The position numbers and the translations under genes are program-made. A stretch of DNA of 64,000 nucleotides from Octopus sinensis (Eukaryota), in the NCBI RefSeq assembly GCF_006345805.1, contig NC_042997.1, positions 170,066,001 through 170,130,000 on the forward strand. Direction: 5' to 3'. Shown in pieces: positions 50,108 to 63,290 of the stretch (the stretch's first letter is position 1; each line of letters opens with the position of its first letter). The notes below the pieces were generated by a model, which was not told the DNA's origin, did no database searches, and was given only the letters and a program-made list of their open reading frames with translations.

Positions 50108-50255
50108 CATATATATATATACATATATATATATATACATATATATACATATATATATATATACATATATATACTATATATATATACATATATATATATA
50201 CATATATATATATATACATATATATACATATATATATGCACACACACACATATTT
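50108..50255. repeat. (TA)n microsatellite with CA interruptions
   Basis: Seen directly. Confidence 0.95.
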
Positions 50256-53200
50256 ATATTTCTCTCTCTTGTACCCCACCCATCTCTTACCCTCTCTGTT
50301 TGACCAGTCTAATCATGTACATAAATCCTTCACGAGTACAGAAGATGTATTTTTTTATCTTGGTTGTGACTACAAATGATTTCTGTTTAGAATTCTCTCC
50401 AACAATACTGAACCTTATACACAGTAAATAAACTAGAGTTAGGGCTGGATACAATAATTATATGATAATCTAGTCTGATTTAGAATTACAAATTGTCTAA
50501 CTGCATTCTTGAACTAATTACATATAAAGTCTTTACTTTCAGTGCATGCCATAAGTTTCTAAAACACAGTACTAACTTCTCAGAGTAGTCTACAGTATGA
50601 TTTCTTGCCCATTGTTAGTATAAAAATTACTTTATTACATTCTTAGATTATTCTATTAATTTCTTAATTTACTCTAATTCAGCTGCTGTATGTTGTATTT
50701 GCGTGCAGTTCATTATTCATTGACGTATAATTAGCATGTGCATGTATGCATTCATCTGCAAATGTGTGCAGGTTTCTTTCTATCATCCCTTTTGCTCTCT
50801 TTCGTTTCTGAAAAAAGATAGACTCTATCAACTCATCTATCTCAACAGGATATATTACTTCAGGGCTGGTTACATTTCTAGTTCTGAATCTGTTGAAATC
50901 TGAAAAAGAGAACTTTGAAGTCTGGAAATATAGTTGAGTGGAAAAAAAAACCGTGGTGAATATGGCTCAAATATTAGGTAGCAGTATGTTCATTAAAAGT
51001 ATGATATCACCAGGTATTATGCTTTATATATTTTTAGTAGCTAAAATTTAGGAGTAATTATTTAGTTAACTGCTATCTCTGTTCGTGATACATAACTTTT
51101 CTCCTTGTTATGGAAGGCAAACTATATGAGGTTTTTAAAGAGTGTAATGCTACATAAGATTAAAATTAAAAAAGGCAGGTTCATTAGCACACTGAGCAAA
51201 ATGCTTAGCAGTATTTCATCTGTCTTTATGTTCTGAGTTCAAATTCTGCCAACGTCAACTTTGCATTTCATCCTTTCAGGTTCCCTAAAATAAGTACCAG
51301 TTCAGCACTGGGGTCAATCTAATCGACCTATCCCCCTGAAATTGCTGGCCTGGTGCCAAAACTTGAAAGCAATATCAAAATTATGCAGTACATGTTGAAG
51401 ACCAGTAGTGATTATAAGAGAAGCAAGGCAGACAGTGTCTGTTCAATGTGTAATAGCTGAAAGTGGAGATTAATTGAGGAACTGCCAAAGCATGGAAAAC
51501 AATTCAGTGTTATGTGTCATGAAAGACAACTGCACTTTTAGGTGATGAGAAAGATGTTAGTAATAAAAATAACCCAAGGAAAATACTGAGGGATAATTCA
51601 CAAATGATATTTAAGCTGAAGACACATGGAAAGATTCTATATAGCAAAACCCAGCTAATCACATGTCCAGTAGCTTAACTGCCATTTCACTCACTGCATT
51701 ATATCCTCTTGGAGACCAATGTGATACTTATTATAACATTGTTTAGTTACCTGTACAGATTCTACACACTTTCCTAAAAGCAAAAATGCATGAATTGAGC
51801 ACTGTAATGTTTTAGCACAAAGCCACAAATACACACACGTACACGTGTGTGTGTGTGTGTGTGTAAATGTGATAAAATGAAAAAAATATGAAATTGAATT
51901 AGTAGTTGAAACACAGTGCCACATCTGGATTAAATTTGATATGTATTTTAATATTCATATTTTCTATTGTATTTTGTGTGAATATCTTTGCATGTATATT
52001 AGATTACATTATTTTAGCTCAACTTTAGTGTACTGAGCACTCTACTACATAAAGGTATACCAAAAGATACATTGGGAGATCTATAAATAAGTGTGTGTAT
52101 GTGTGTTTATACATATATATATATATGTATGTATATAGTTGATATTCTGTCTCATTGAGTCACTGAAACGCCATAGTAAACTCTGTTTTTACGTAGGGGC
52201 TAGAGCAAGCCAGTTCTCTTTGCTAAATCTACAAGAAGATTGGAGCTGAGTAATGTAAACTTATAAAACATTTGTTAATGATGCAATAATTCCTGTTGCT
52301 TGTAGCAGTGAGGTGCACTTCATCTATGGTATCCACAGACAATTAGGGGATCAGTGAAGTTAAGTATTAATGATTTCTCCTTTGCCAGAAACCATGTTTG
52401 TTACAGAATTTAAGGTATCAACCCTTCATCTGATAGGCTTGTGCTTCACTGACTAAGCAGCGTATGGTTTTTGAATGTATGTAAGGGGATATAGTGATTC
52501 AGCAAATCAAGGTACATTTCTCATGGTTATTTATTTTTTTCTGGGTGGTCAAGAGAAGTTATAAAATCACCTAAGTTTCAACAAGTTTGTACCATATGTT
52601 TATCTAATCTCCTGAGTTAAATTTCAAATGATTTATGAAATAATTCATTCTTGCTAGAAAATTTTAACATAATTTTAAAGTACCATGTTATTACAAATGT
52701 TCTCTCTCCAGCATTACCATAATGATCTTGTCTCTGCTGCACTCTAGATGAAAAAGGAATTCACTAGCACATATGCACACTTCTGCAGACCCAGTTAAAT
52801 CCATTTCCCTGTTATTTCACACTTTATATATCTTTTCATTGCCCATTCCCTACTCCAATGAAGTTATTTCTAACAGTCACCAGAAAACTGCAACTCAATC
52901 ATGTTGAAATTTGCTATCTATTGTTATTCTTTTTCACATGCTCACATTGCACAGACTTCCTCTCTCTATGTAGCTCTATATAGTGTGTGTATGTGTAACA
53001 CATGCTACTCTCCCCTCTCTGTCTCTCTCTCTCCTCTCTTCCTTTTTCATTTCTATCTATTTCTCCCCATCTTTTCATCTGTCTTGATATTCAGTTATGG
53101 AACACAAGCAAGTAAGTATTGGAAACCAATTTTCATCTGGTTTCTATCTAAAAATGTTAGGAGAGTTTCTTTGAAAGAAATATTTTCTCTTTTGTTTTGA

Positions 53201-54314
53201 TTTTTGCTCTGATACATTTTTAAGGTAACAAAATGGTAGGTATCATAATAATAATAATAATATCAATTACCTTTGCAGACTTCCATTTCCTTCCTAAATT
53301 AGTCCTAGATAGTTGAATTATTTAGAACTGAATGTGTTTCCCTAGCACTCACACCTAAAACTGGACTAGATCTATCAAAATTAGACATTTTATAAAACAT
53401 CTACAATATAAAAGATAAGATGACCTTCCTACATTTAGTACTAAGCCTTATTTTCCTAACATCAAAATATTTATAACCAAATTGGGTAAGTATCTTAAAT
53501 ATATATATATTTTTTTTTTTACTAGAAATATTTCATTTAATTGATGCATTAAGTTAATTATGTATTTATATACATAAGTCCTTTAAATGAAACTTTTAAC
53601 AAACTAGACATTAAATTCATCTTAATGATTTAATTGCTATAAACATTTTTAAGTTGTGGATTATTCCACTTGTGACTATCTCATAAGAGTTCAGATCTAA
53701 TGTATTAATGTACTTCATCCATAGCACATGTTTTAAAATCCATACTTGGTAGCATTTTAGCCTTGGATTCCTATTCTACAGGTTCAGTTTATAAGGATGA
53801 GAAGTAAGAACTTTAAAATAGTGTTGATGTTCCTTGAAAAGTGTAGTGAGTTCATATAACTCCAAAACCTCAACTGATTAAACATTTCGAATTTTTATAG
53901 TATTTTGAGGTGGTGGTGGTGGGGGGTTATTTGGACTCTTTTAAATATTGTTTTCTTTTAACTGTTTTTAAAAATTCATTCTTTTTTACTTCGTGTTTGT
54001 TTTTTACTCTTTAAAAACAATTTTTTAATGCAGAAGTATTAATATTGCTACAATCAATAGAAAATGGCATTTCTTCTATCTTCTTACTCATTTCTTGTGC
54101 TGATAATACATAAGGAATATTCACGTAGGGACAATACATAAAAAGTTACAACATCTTTTTAAAATCAAAAGAGCTGAATAAGTAAAAAGGCTGTTTGAGA
54201 ATGTCTTCGAGCAACAGATTCTAAGAAAAGCTTAATTGCTTTTATTGCAGCTTCAATGGAGTAGATTTCGATACACTTTGTGTTTATATTTATGTAAAAT
54301 TTAATAGACAGATA

Positions 54315-54675
54315 TCATCATCATTTAACATCCGTTTTCCATGCTGACATGGGTTAGGCGATTTGACCAGAGCTAGCAAGCTGGAGAGCTAGACCAGGTT
54401 CCAGTCTGATTTAGTTAAGTATCTATGACTGGATGCCCTTCTTAACACCACTTTACAGAGTGTACTGGATGCTTTTTACATGGCACCTGCATGGGCATTT
54501 CCTATGCGACCTGGCATGGGTGAAATTTACATGGCACCTGCATGGGCATTTCCTATGCGACCTGGCATGGGTGCTCTTTACATGGCACTGGCTCAGGTGC
54601 TTTGTGCACAGTATCAGCACAGGTGCTTTTTACATGACACCAGCACAAGTGCTTTTTATGTGGAACCAGCATAGA
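54315..54675 (-). mobile_element. Family A copy with minisatellite, including a 51-bp-period duplication
   Basis: TTACATGGCACCTGCATGGGCATTTCCTATGCGACCTGGCATGGGTG occurs at about 54477 and 54528. Confidence 0.8.
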
Positions 54676-55678
54676 TAGAAGCACTGAAATCTAAATCATC
54701 ATTTTTTTTCATTATGAAGTTTATCTGACATTTCATAAATCATATTGGTTAGAAAACAATTATTTAATAAAAAGCCATTTGAAATATTTACAAACCTTAT
54801 GTTTCAGTGAAAATATGTAACAGTCATGTCAACACATAAGGTTCTAAAAACTACTTCAAAATATGTAGGAAATAAACTCTACATTTTTCTCACTGCATGC
54901 ATTCGTGCACGTATGTGTGTGCACCTCTGTGTATCTGTAAAGAATAATCCTTTTTAAACCACAAAAACCTTAGTGCCAGTGCCCAGTTTTCCTAATGCTG
55001 AATAAATGAGAAATAAATCTTCAGGTTAGGATATACTTTGCTTTGGCATGAGCTTAATGTAGTATCTGTGACAGTAAGACTGCTATCTTATGCTTAAATA
55101 ATAGCACTCTAACATGGTTTAGTCATTTGTATAATTAACCCCACCACTTGGTCTTGTGATGCTTTTAGCAAAATTCATTTTAATACAAACATTCAGGTTA
55201 TGTCTCTGATTTTAGGATAATTTCCTCCATCAGATTTAGAAGCCCTGAAAAAAGAAGTGGTGCAGTCATAGTTATTGCTTGCCCTTCCCTCCCTAACTAA
55301 GCAATGCAAAAAATGATATGCAGTAAGGCATGTACATGTGTACACACATGCATACACACACATCCAGTCACAAACACACACACACATAAGTGTATAATGT
55401 ACATGAGATATCTACACATATGTATATAAATATTACACTTGGAATCATTTCATGGGTTAAGTAAGAGACATAACTGACATCAGGTAATGATGAGTGACCT
55501 CAGTTTTTTAACAAAGAATTTGATTTGATGAAACAAATTAGATGAGTACAAACCAATGACTGCATAGCATTTAACTATCCCTTGCTACAGACAGAAGAGA
55601 TTTAGAGTTTTTTTTGTTTGTTCTTTTTATATACTTAAATTTGGTTTTCATTTTATATTCTTTTCTCTTTCTTTATAG

Positions 55679-55821
55679 ACATTAGATGCTGATTACTCAA
55701 AAAACCAAGAACCTCTTCTTGGAGTATTATCACATATGCTCTCTGGGAAAAGTTTTGAACTAATTCTTGCAGCTGCTGCTGCCACTGGAAAGCTGCAAAG
55801 CTTTGCTATCAAGCTAGTCAA
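55679..55821 (+). CDS. MED24: MED24 coding exon 11
   Basis: TLDADYSKNQEPLLGVLSHMLSGKSFELILAAAAATGKLQSFA (human TMDADHSKSPEGLLGVLGHMLSGKSLDLLLAAAAATGKLKSFA); phase 0 to 2; follows a 12.9-kb intron. Confidence 0.96.
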
Positions 55822-55867
55822 GTAAGTATCATTGATTTAATATTCATAATTTTACAGCATCAATTAT

Positions 55868-56075
55868 CCCTTTAGCATTTAAACCAGTCATATACAGCTA
55901 AAATATTCTATCTTTTTATGTTCAAACTGGACAGATGTGATTTCCCACGCCAACCCTACAATATCAATCTGATATTAAACAATCATATAAAAGCTACAAT
56001 ATATTGCATAATTAATTCAAAACAATGTGAATAAATAAACATTACCTTTGAAAGGATAATGTGGATGATAAAAGG
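55868..56075. mobile_element. piggyBac-like MITE copy
   Basis: CCCTTTAGCATTT...AAAGG|TTAA; body shared with the other copies. Confidence 0.6.
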
Positions 56076-57917
56076 TTAAAGATGGTTTTGTTATTGATTT
56101 TAAATTGTCTGATTATTTTAAGTAATCTTTGACAACACTTTAATAAGGTATCTCATGTGAATATTAATTTAAAAGACAAGATTTTAGTCATCTTTTATTT
56201 GAGAATAATGAGTGCTTTATGTACAGGTGTAGGTGGCTGCAATGGTTTTGATTATTTTAACTAGCACACCTCTTGGACATCACCCCGTAGATGTAAAGCA
56301 TTCTTTCAGCATTATAATGGTTAAGTTATTAAATTATTCTGCTATACTGGTTTATCAACAATGATTGGTGCCATGAAAAAGTACCTGGTACACTCCTAAG
56401 TGGTTGTCATAAGGAAAAGCATCCAGCCATAGAAACTTTGCTGAAGCAGTCATTGGCACCCAACACAGACTCCTGGCTAGTTGGATCTTGTCAAATCATC
56501 CAACACATTCCAGGATGGAACATAGACTTTAAATTCATCATTACCATAAGCAGTAGAGTCACAGTGATTTGAAGTCTTATGTGAGAAAGTGCAACTAATT
56601 TTCTACCAACTACATTAATAATTGTTCATTAATAGTAAACTTGCTAAATAGCCAAACTTTTGCTGAATAACAATTTCCATTGAGTCTTGCAGTAACTCGA
56701 TGTACAATAGTTTTTATATTCTAAGTTTTAGGAGTAATATCATCATCATCATCATATGTCCATTTTTCATGCTGGCATGGGTTGGATGCTTTGAGGAGCT
56801 GGCCAACCAGAGAGCTGCACCAGGCTCCTACTGTCTGTTTTTGGCATGGTTTCTATGGCTGGATGCCCTTCTTAGTGCCAACCACTTGGTACTTTTTACA
56901 TGGCACCAGCTAGGGTACTCTTTATGTGGCACTGGCATAGTTACTCTCTACATATCACCAGCACAGGTGCTCTGTACGTACCACTGGCATGGGTGCCTTT
57001 TACATGACACTGGCACAGATGCATTTTATGTGGCATCAGCATGAGTACTTTTTACATGACACCAGCACAGGTACCAACATAAATATATCAGAATAGATAT
57101 GTATAAATTTAAAACTTACTTAAACTTTAGTCTGTGGAGACCCCTAGGACTCATTAAGGTTGGAGCTTAACCCAGTTTAAATAGCTGAGATTTATAAGAC
57201 TCACTCCTGAATGGGCTCGGATGCCAGCCCATCACAGGATTGACTTCTCAGCTATTGCTGGAGCTCATTTACATTTGAGTAGATTGGGGCAACATGAAGT
57301 GAAGTGTTTTGCTCAAGAATACAATGCACTGCCCAGTTAGGGAATCAAAACCACAATCTTATGATTGTGAGTGCAAAAACACTAACCACTAATATTATGT
57401 ATAATTAAGCATAATTATGTAGTTTCATGTAAGTAAAAAAATGTTTTTTTAATGAAAATACAGAACTTCACTATTTTGAATTCCAGGCATGGTTGTGTGG
57501 TTAAAAAGTTCACTTTGTAACCATGTGGTCTCCTGTTCAGTTTGACTGTGCAGCGCCTTGGACAAGTGTCTTTTGCTTTAGCCCTATGCTAACCCAATGC
57601 CTTGTGAGTGAAATTGATTAGACGTCCATTGTATACACACATGCGCACACATATATGTATTATTGTGTGTGTGAAATATCATTTCCAGTGCGTGTTACAT
57701 CCCATAGCTCTGCAGTTTCAAAGTTTAGTACAATAAGACAAAACAAAACAATCCCTTACATGAAAAATAGCTATGGGTTGTCAACAGGAATTGCATCCAA
57801 CTGTAAAATAAGTATCCATTCAACCTATGCCTGCATGCAAAAATGCACATAAAATAAAGAAATGAATATCTACCCTTAATTTTTTTTATTCTATGTATTT
57901 CCTATATTTTATTCTAG

Positions 57918-58038
57918 GTTTAATGAATTTGCACGTCAAGCAACTGGTGAGGGTGGAAAAGCAGCCAATACAAGAGCTTTGTTGTTTGACATTTCTTTCT
58001 TAATGTTATGTCACATAGCACAACTTTATGGTGCCGAG
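57918..58038 (+). CDS. MED24: MED24 coding exon 12
   Basis: NEF...RALLFDISFLMLCHIAQLYGAE (human RALLFDISFLMLCHVAQTYGSE); phase 2 to 0. Confidence 0.96.
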
Positions 58039-58584
58039 GTAATTATTTTGTTGTTATATTAATAGCACTGTATTTGCCAGTGTATATAAGATGCACTCTT
58101 GCTTAAAACACACACCTATTTTACATGTATATTTAGGAGATGGGGGAGAATAAATTTAATGAGTTTCATCATACCACTTATTGAAAGATATTTTCAAGTG
58201 GTTTTGTATGTGAAAAATGCATGATTCTGTGCATGCAAATACAATGCTGAGACAGTATACTGGAATGGAGTATAAAACTATAAATTTATCATAAACAAGC
58301 TACATTATATGAGTACCATGTTTAATTTTATCTATTTTCAGATCAGCTATATAATTGTTTATAGGTTGGTCAAGAGAATTTCCATATGGGATGTAAAACT
58401 CATATTTTTGACTGTGATGTTTTGTATTCCCACAATCAGTCACCAGGGTGGTGCACCATTACTATGATTTTGTTATCGTCCCCTCATTGCAAATAGCTAA
58501 TTGGTGAATGAAAATTTAACATTCTTTTCATCTTTCTAAGAGAATTTTCATTTAGATAATTAAAAAATGTTTTTTAAAAGTGAT

Positions 58585-58920
58585 AAAGGATAAAGACCCC
58601 CTTCGGTCATGAATTACCACAAGATTGCACCTAGAAAGCTCCCCTCTGAGGCACAAGTCTGGGCAAGGTCGTTTATGGAAGACCAGCAGTCGCCCATGCA
58701 TACCAACTTCCCTTCTCCATGCCACTGATGTTATCCAAGGAAAAAGCAATGACCAACTCAGCTTGGCACCAGTGACATTGCAACTCATTTCTACAGCTGA
58801 GTAACTGGAGCAGTTTGAAATAAAGTTTCTTGCTCAAGAACACAACACACAGCTCAGTCCAGGAACTGAACCCACTACCTCATGATTGTGAGTCCAACAC
58901 TCTAACCATGTGCCTTCCCA
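58585..58920 (-). mobile_element. tRNA-derived SINE
   Basis: B-box-like GGTTCAGTTCC on the minus strand; body shared with the 41200 copy. Confidence 0.8.
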
Positions 58921-59811
58921 AAGGTGACACAGTCGTTAAATAATGTAAGGCACATATCAAGTGTGGGTTATGTATGCTTGGTTATGTATGTGACCTCTCC
59001 ACATAACTTTTGACATACCATTAGCAATTTTCCAAAAGATTGTGGTTAGAGACTGTGATAGTTTGGCTTGTTTTCAGTGTTGTATTATTAATAACAACAA
59101 ACAAGATGAGGACAAATATCCGTCAATTGTAAATAATGTTGCAATATATTCTATGCTTCACAATAACCTGGCTGTTTCTGACAACTATCATTAATTCTTT
59201 ATCTTCATCTTGAATTCCTGCAAAGGGATCATTAAATAAAATGCTTTTATTCATCCAAGAATCAAAAAACTTTTTGACTGTAGCTGAGTGTCCTGGATTT
59301 TATCTAAAGGCATTTCCAACCCTTAAACTATCATCCACTCTTCTCATTTTTAAATGGATTTATTAGGATATGCCAAAACCTATTCCAACCAATTCAAATA
59401 TCAGCAGAAATAAATCTGTTCTGATGCACATTACATCTGCAACATAGAGTTCACTTCTTAGCTTCATCAGCTGCCTCTTTCATTGAATCCTTCATTTTAA
59501 TACTGATTCAGTGATTGAGGCCAAATATTATATTCAAATTTTCAAACACAAATGACAACTCAGCTATTACTCTTGAAACATTGTACCCTAGAATTAGCTC
59601 ATTTTCTTTTGACATCTGCTTCCTTCTCATACTACTGAATACCAAACTATCACTTTTACTTTAAACCTATGGTAACTTCAGCCTTTCATTCTTATTAGAA
59701 GTCACCAAAAAGGCTTCCTAAAATGTTATAACTCTCTGTTATCATGGAAAAGTATGCACATGATTTAACGAAGTATGACATAAAAAAAATTCACCTGTTT
59801 TCTTAGAAATA

Positions 59812-60019
59812 CAGTAATCCCTTGACTATTGCAGATGTTACACTCCAAAACACCCTGCGATAGGTGAAAATTCATGAAGTAAAAACAATACTGTACTGTA
59901 TATTTTATTATTTTTATAATTTGTATGTATTTATTTTATTACAAATGCAAAAACAACACCAATGTAAGCTTAAATAATAAACCATGACAGGTGAACCACA
60001 ATATGGTGAGGGATTACTG
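59812..60019. mobile_element. Tigger/pogo-like MITE (208 bp)
   Basis: 11-bp perfect TIR CAGTAATCCCT / AGGGATTACTG with TA on both sides. Confidence 0.8.
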
Positions 60020-60212
60020 TACTCATAATTTCCATGTTGACCATGGAGCTTTATACATTTTTTGGTTGGCTGCCTGTCTGTCATACACTTCATTAATTCT
60101 GATGTCCTACAAACTATCTGTTATTTTACCAATTCTATTTATTATCTGTCTTATCTCTAATTTTATTCACAACCTTTCATTCATACCCATTAATTATCTT
60201 TTCAAAATATAG

Positions 60213-60382
60213 ATAATTACTTCAAGTCCTGATTGCTCGGAGTCTTTCTTTGCTCAATGGTCAATGAAATGTCTGCCAGAAGATGGTAAATACAAATGTA
60301 TAGAGAATAGCAGTCCTAGTGACCAACACAAAGTTGACTTGCTTTTAAACCAGTTTACAAATGGAGGGGAACATAAAAACAG
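60213..60382 (+). CDS. MED24: MED24 coding exon 13
   Basis: FFAQWSMKCLPEDGK...KVDLLL (human FFETWMQTCMPEEGK...KVESLV); phase 0 to 2. Confidence 0.92.
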
Positions 60383-60507
60383 GTAGGAACTTCAAACTTT
60401 ACTGCAAAATAGATTTTTTAAAATCAGTTTTAAACTTTCTTTTTGAGTAATCACTATTTTCTGATTGTCATGTATGAGTAGGTGCTGAAAGTTCCTGGTT
60501 TTAAGGG

Positions 60508-61177
60508 TGTAATGGAACTGGTTAATTCTTTACACTGTTCGGGTGCAACCAATTTCCTTTCTTTAATTGCCAGATAAGACCGGAGCCTGGTGCAGCCTTC
60601 TGGCTTCCCAGTTCCCCGGTCGAACCGTCCAACCCATGCTAGCATGGAGAACGAACGTTAAACGATGATGATGAATTTCCAGAATCTACCAGTCAGGAAC
60701 AAGAACACAACCTTAAAAATATATATACTCTTTATTTCTTACTTACAAAAGAAGTACGTTGGTATATTGGTATCCACTTGGTTCGATATAGCAAGGCTGA
60801 ACTTTAACATTTGTAAGATTCTTACAACAAATTCAGCAGCAACAGAGCAGGTCAAATTCTAAGCGTCTGGGACAGGAGACTGGCTGATCACACGTTTAAC
60901 ACGTCCTTTCGTTTCAATAGCCGTGTCTCAAGTCAACGACGCTAACAAGGAACGCGATAGAATTTTCTTCCCCAGTCTCTTGCGCATGTGCATGAGGGAA
61001 CTTCCTTAGGCCTTTCCAGAAGGTTCCAGCCCCGCACACGCACACTGAAGAATGACGTTTCGCACACGCACACTGAAGAATGATGTTCCGCACACGCACA
61101 CTGAAGAATGACGTTCCGCACACGCACACTGAAGAATGACGTTGCGTGTGCGCACACTGGAAAATGACGTCACTACA
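60508..61177 (-). mobile_element. Putative solo LTR (contains a family A SINE at 60567-60672)
   Basis: Ends TGTAATG...CACTACA (TG..CA, 6/7 inverted); flanks AAGGG / AAGGT; AATAAA on the minus strand at 60736-60731; tandem array near the minus-strand 5-prime end. Confidence 0.6.
61033..61172. repeat. 28-bp tandem array, four units plus one degenerate unit
   Basis: CGCACACGCACACTGAAGAATGACGTT(T/C/G) at 61033, 61061, 61089 and 61117; degenerate unit at 61145. Confidence 0.92.
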
Positions 61178-61625
61178 AAGGTATTGTGAAAGGCCTGGTT
61201 GGAGGCCCAACCATCTAAGTTCTTTTACATGGCTTAAAAAAACTGGAGGACCACTGCAGTAAGTGTATAAATCTGAATGGGGAATATGTTCAATAAAATC
61301 ATAATTAACTGATCCTCTGTATTTTCTTTTACTCAAAGCCAGGAACTTTTCATCACCCCCTCATATTACATCTTCTCTCTAAGCTGTAGGGCTACTTTAT
61401 TTGAATTCTTACTGTTGGGTAACTAATTTCATGTTATTACATAACTGACTTCACAATTTGGGTATTCGTAACTAATTGGGAATTCCTAAAGACAAGATCC
61501 TGTGTAAGACAGTTCGGTATCCTCTGTAAATGCAAAAAAACTGTTTTACAGTCTACATATTTTGTATTGTTATTGGATTAGCAAAACAATTATGCTTTCC
61601 TAGGAATTACTGGGTACGTCAGCTA

Positions 61626-61830
<205 letters not shown>

Positions 61831-62260
61831 GTCATGTCATGCTTATGTTCCCTCATAACAAGAGCACTGTGGCCATGCACTTTCAAAGTTTCATGGAGTA
61901 TAAAAACATATCCCTTACTTGAGAGACAGGTATGGGTTAGCTACAGAAAATGCTACCTCAGATAAGTGTCTATTCTACCCATGCCAGCATGGAAAAATAA
62001 ACAGATATGTGTGTGTTAATACATAGATACATACAGACAGGCAGATAAGAAGTCTCATTTCATGCTTGTGGTAATGTGTAATAGTAGTTATTTTTGTGAT
62101 TTGACCGAGGCATCTTTGGGCAGTTACAAGGAGACTATGTTCATTAATAGGTAGCAATATGTTAAAGACTCCACCTGAACATCATATTTTTATATTGGAT
62201 GATTTTTAAATGGTTTATTTAAAATATTTCATATTTTTATATTGACCTATCTTATTGCAG

Positions 62261-62360
62261 TATGGCTCGCTGGCACGAAATCTGTATGAATGCTCCATTT
62301 GCAATGCAAGAAGTTCTGTTTGCATGGGAACATGGTGCTTTATCTGCTGATAACGTTAAG
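62261..62360 (+). CDS. MED24: MED24 coding exon 14
   Basis: RWHEICMNAPFAMQEVLFAWEHGAL (human KWHEACLSISAAILEILNAWENGVL); phase 2 to 0. Confidence 0.94.
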
Positions 62361-62914
62361 GTAATTATCATCATTTTGTAGTGTTTTGTTTTGTTTTTCC
62401 TTTTGTGAATGCTTATTTTAATGTATTTTATTTATTTTTAAAATTGTCTTTTTAATTGAATCAGTGGGTTTTTAAAAGCTTATTTTAAAGTATAGCTAGA
62501 TTGACAAGTGTATTAGCTGAGGCCTTGAGTAGCTATGTATGTTAAGCTATGTTTCTTTGGATCTGAAGACAAAAGCACGGTTGAATATAATGGAGGGAAA
62601 ACAAATGTAGATTTCGTGTTTATCTACACAGAAGATTGGTCAAGATAAAAAATGGAATTGTATTTATTGGACACTACAGATCGATTAACATTGTCAAGAA
62701 AGTTGACAAATGTCAGGATGAATTTAACTGCAGGTTAAAAAAAATCTTCAGCAAAAGAAATAAAAAGGAGGGAGCTACAGGCCCATGGCAAAGCTATCTG
62801 CACTATTGCTATAGTCTTGTTAAACATAAACATGAAGCAAAAAAAGCAGTAATAGAAAGTGTTTTTAAGTTTATGAGAAAAAACTATGCATATTCACCCA
62901 TCAGAGCAGCTGTG

Positions 62915-63290
62915 TGGCTTCCGTGCCAGTGGCACGTAAAAAGCACCATTTGAGCGTGATCGTTACCTGCGTTGCCTTACTGGCACGTGAACAAAACATT
63001 CGAGTAAGGTCATTGCCAGTGCCGCTGGACTGACTCCTGTGCAGGTGGCACGTAAAAAGCACAATTTGAGCGTGGCCATTGCCAGTACTGCCAGACTGGC
63101 CCTTGTGCTGGTGGCATGTAAAAACATCCACTACACTCTCGGAGTGGTTGGCGTTAGGAAGGGCATCCAGCTGTAGAAACCCTGCCAGATCAGATTGGAG
63201 CCTGGTGCAGCCATCTGGTTTGCCAATCCTCAGACAAATCGTCCAACCCATGCTAGCATGGAAAGCAGACGTTAAACGATGATGATGATG
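62915..63290 (+). mobile_element. Young family A copy with a multi-unit minisatellite
   Basis: Repeated GGCACGT-AAAAGCAC...TTTGAGCGTG units, terminal module and (GAT)n tail. Confidence 0.85.

Larger units (their letters stand above)
60475..61363 (+). mobile_element. Internally deleted mariner derivative (MITE) split by a solo LTR
   Basis: Imperfect TIRs of about 30 bp (TGAGTAGGTGCTGAAAGTTCCTGG / CCAGGAACTTTTCATCACCCCCTCA), TA on both sides; the right part encodes the mariner C-terminus GLKKLEDHCSKCINLNGEYVQ*. Confidence 0.8.

Noticed and set aside
49995-50379. Ile/Tyr-rich ORFs (also 10185-10415 and 61530-61922)
   Set aside because: Translations of (TA)n microsatellites.
51541-51590. C/D box snoRNA (GTGATGA...CTGA)
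   Set aside because: Too short, no terminal stem and no recognisable rRNA antisense element.
59060-59760. Tigger transposase remnant next to the MITE
   Set aside because: Only weak LD-N-PGH-like and WM-like fragments, in the wrong order and across frameshifts.
61033-61172. CRISPR-like array
   Set aside because: The units abut with no unique spacers, and the context is a eukaryotic intron.
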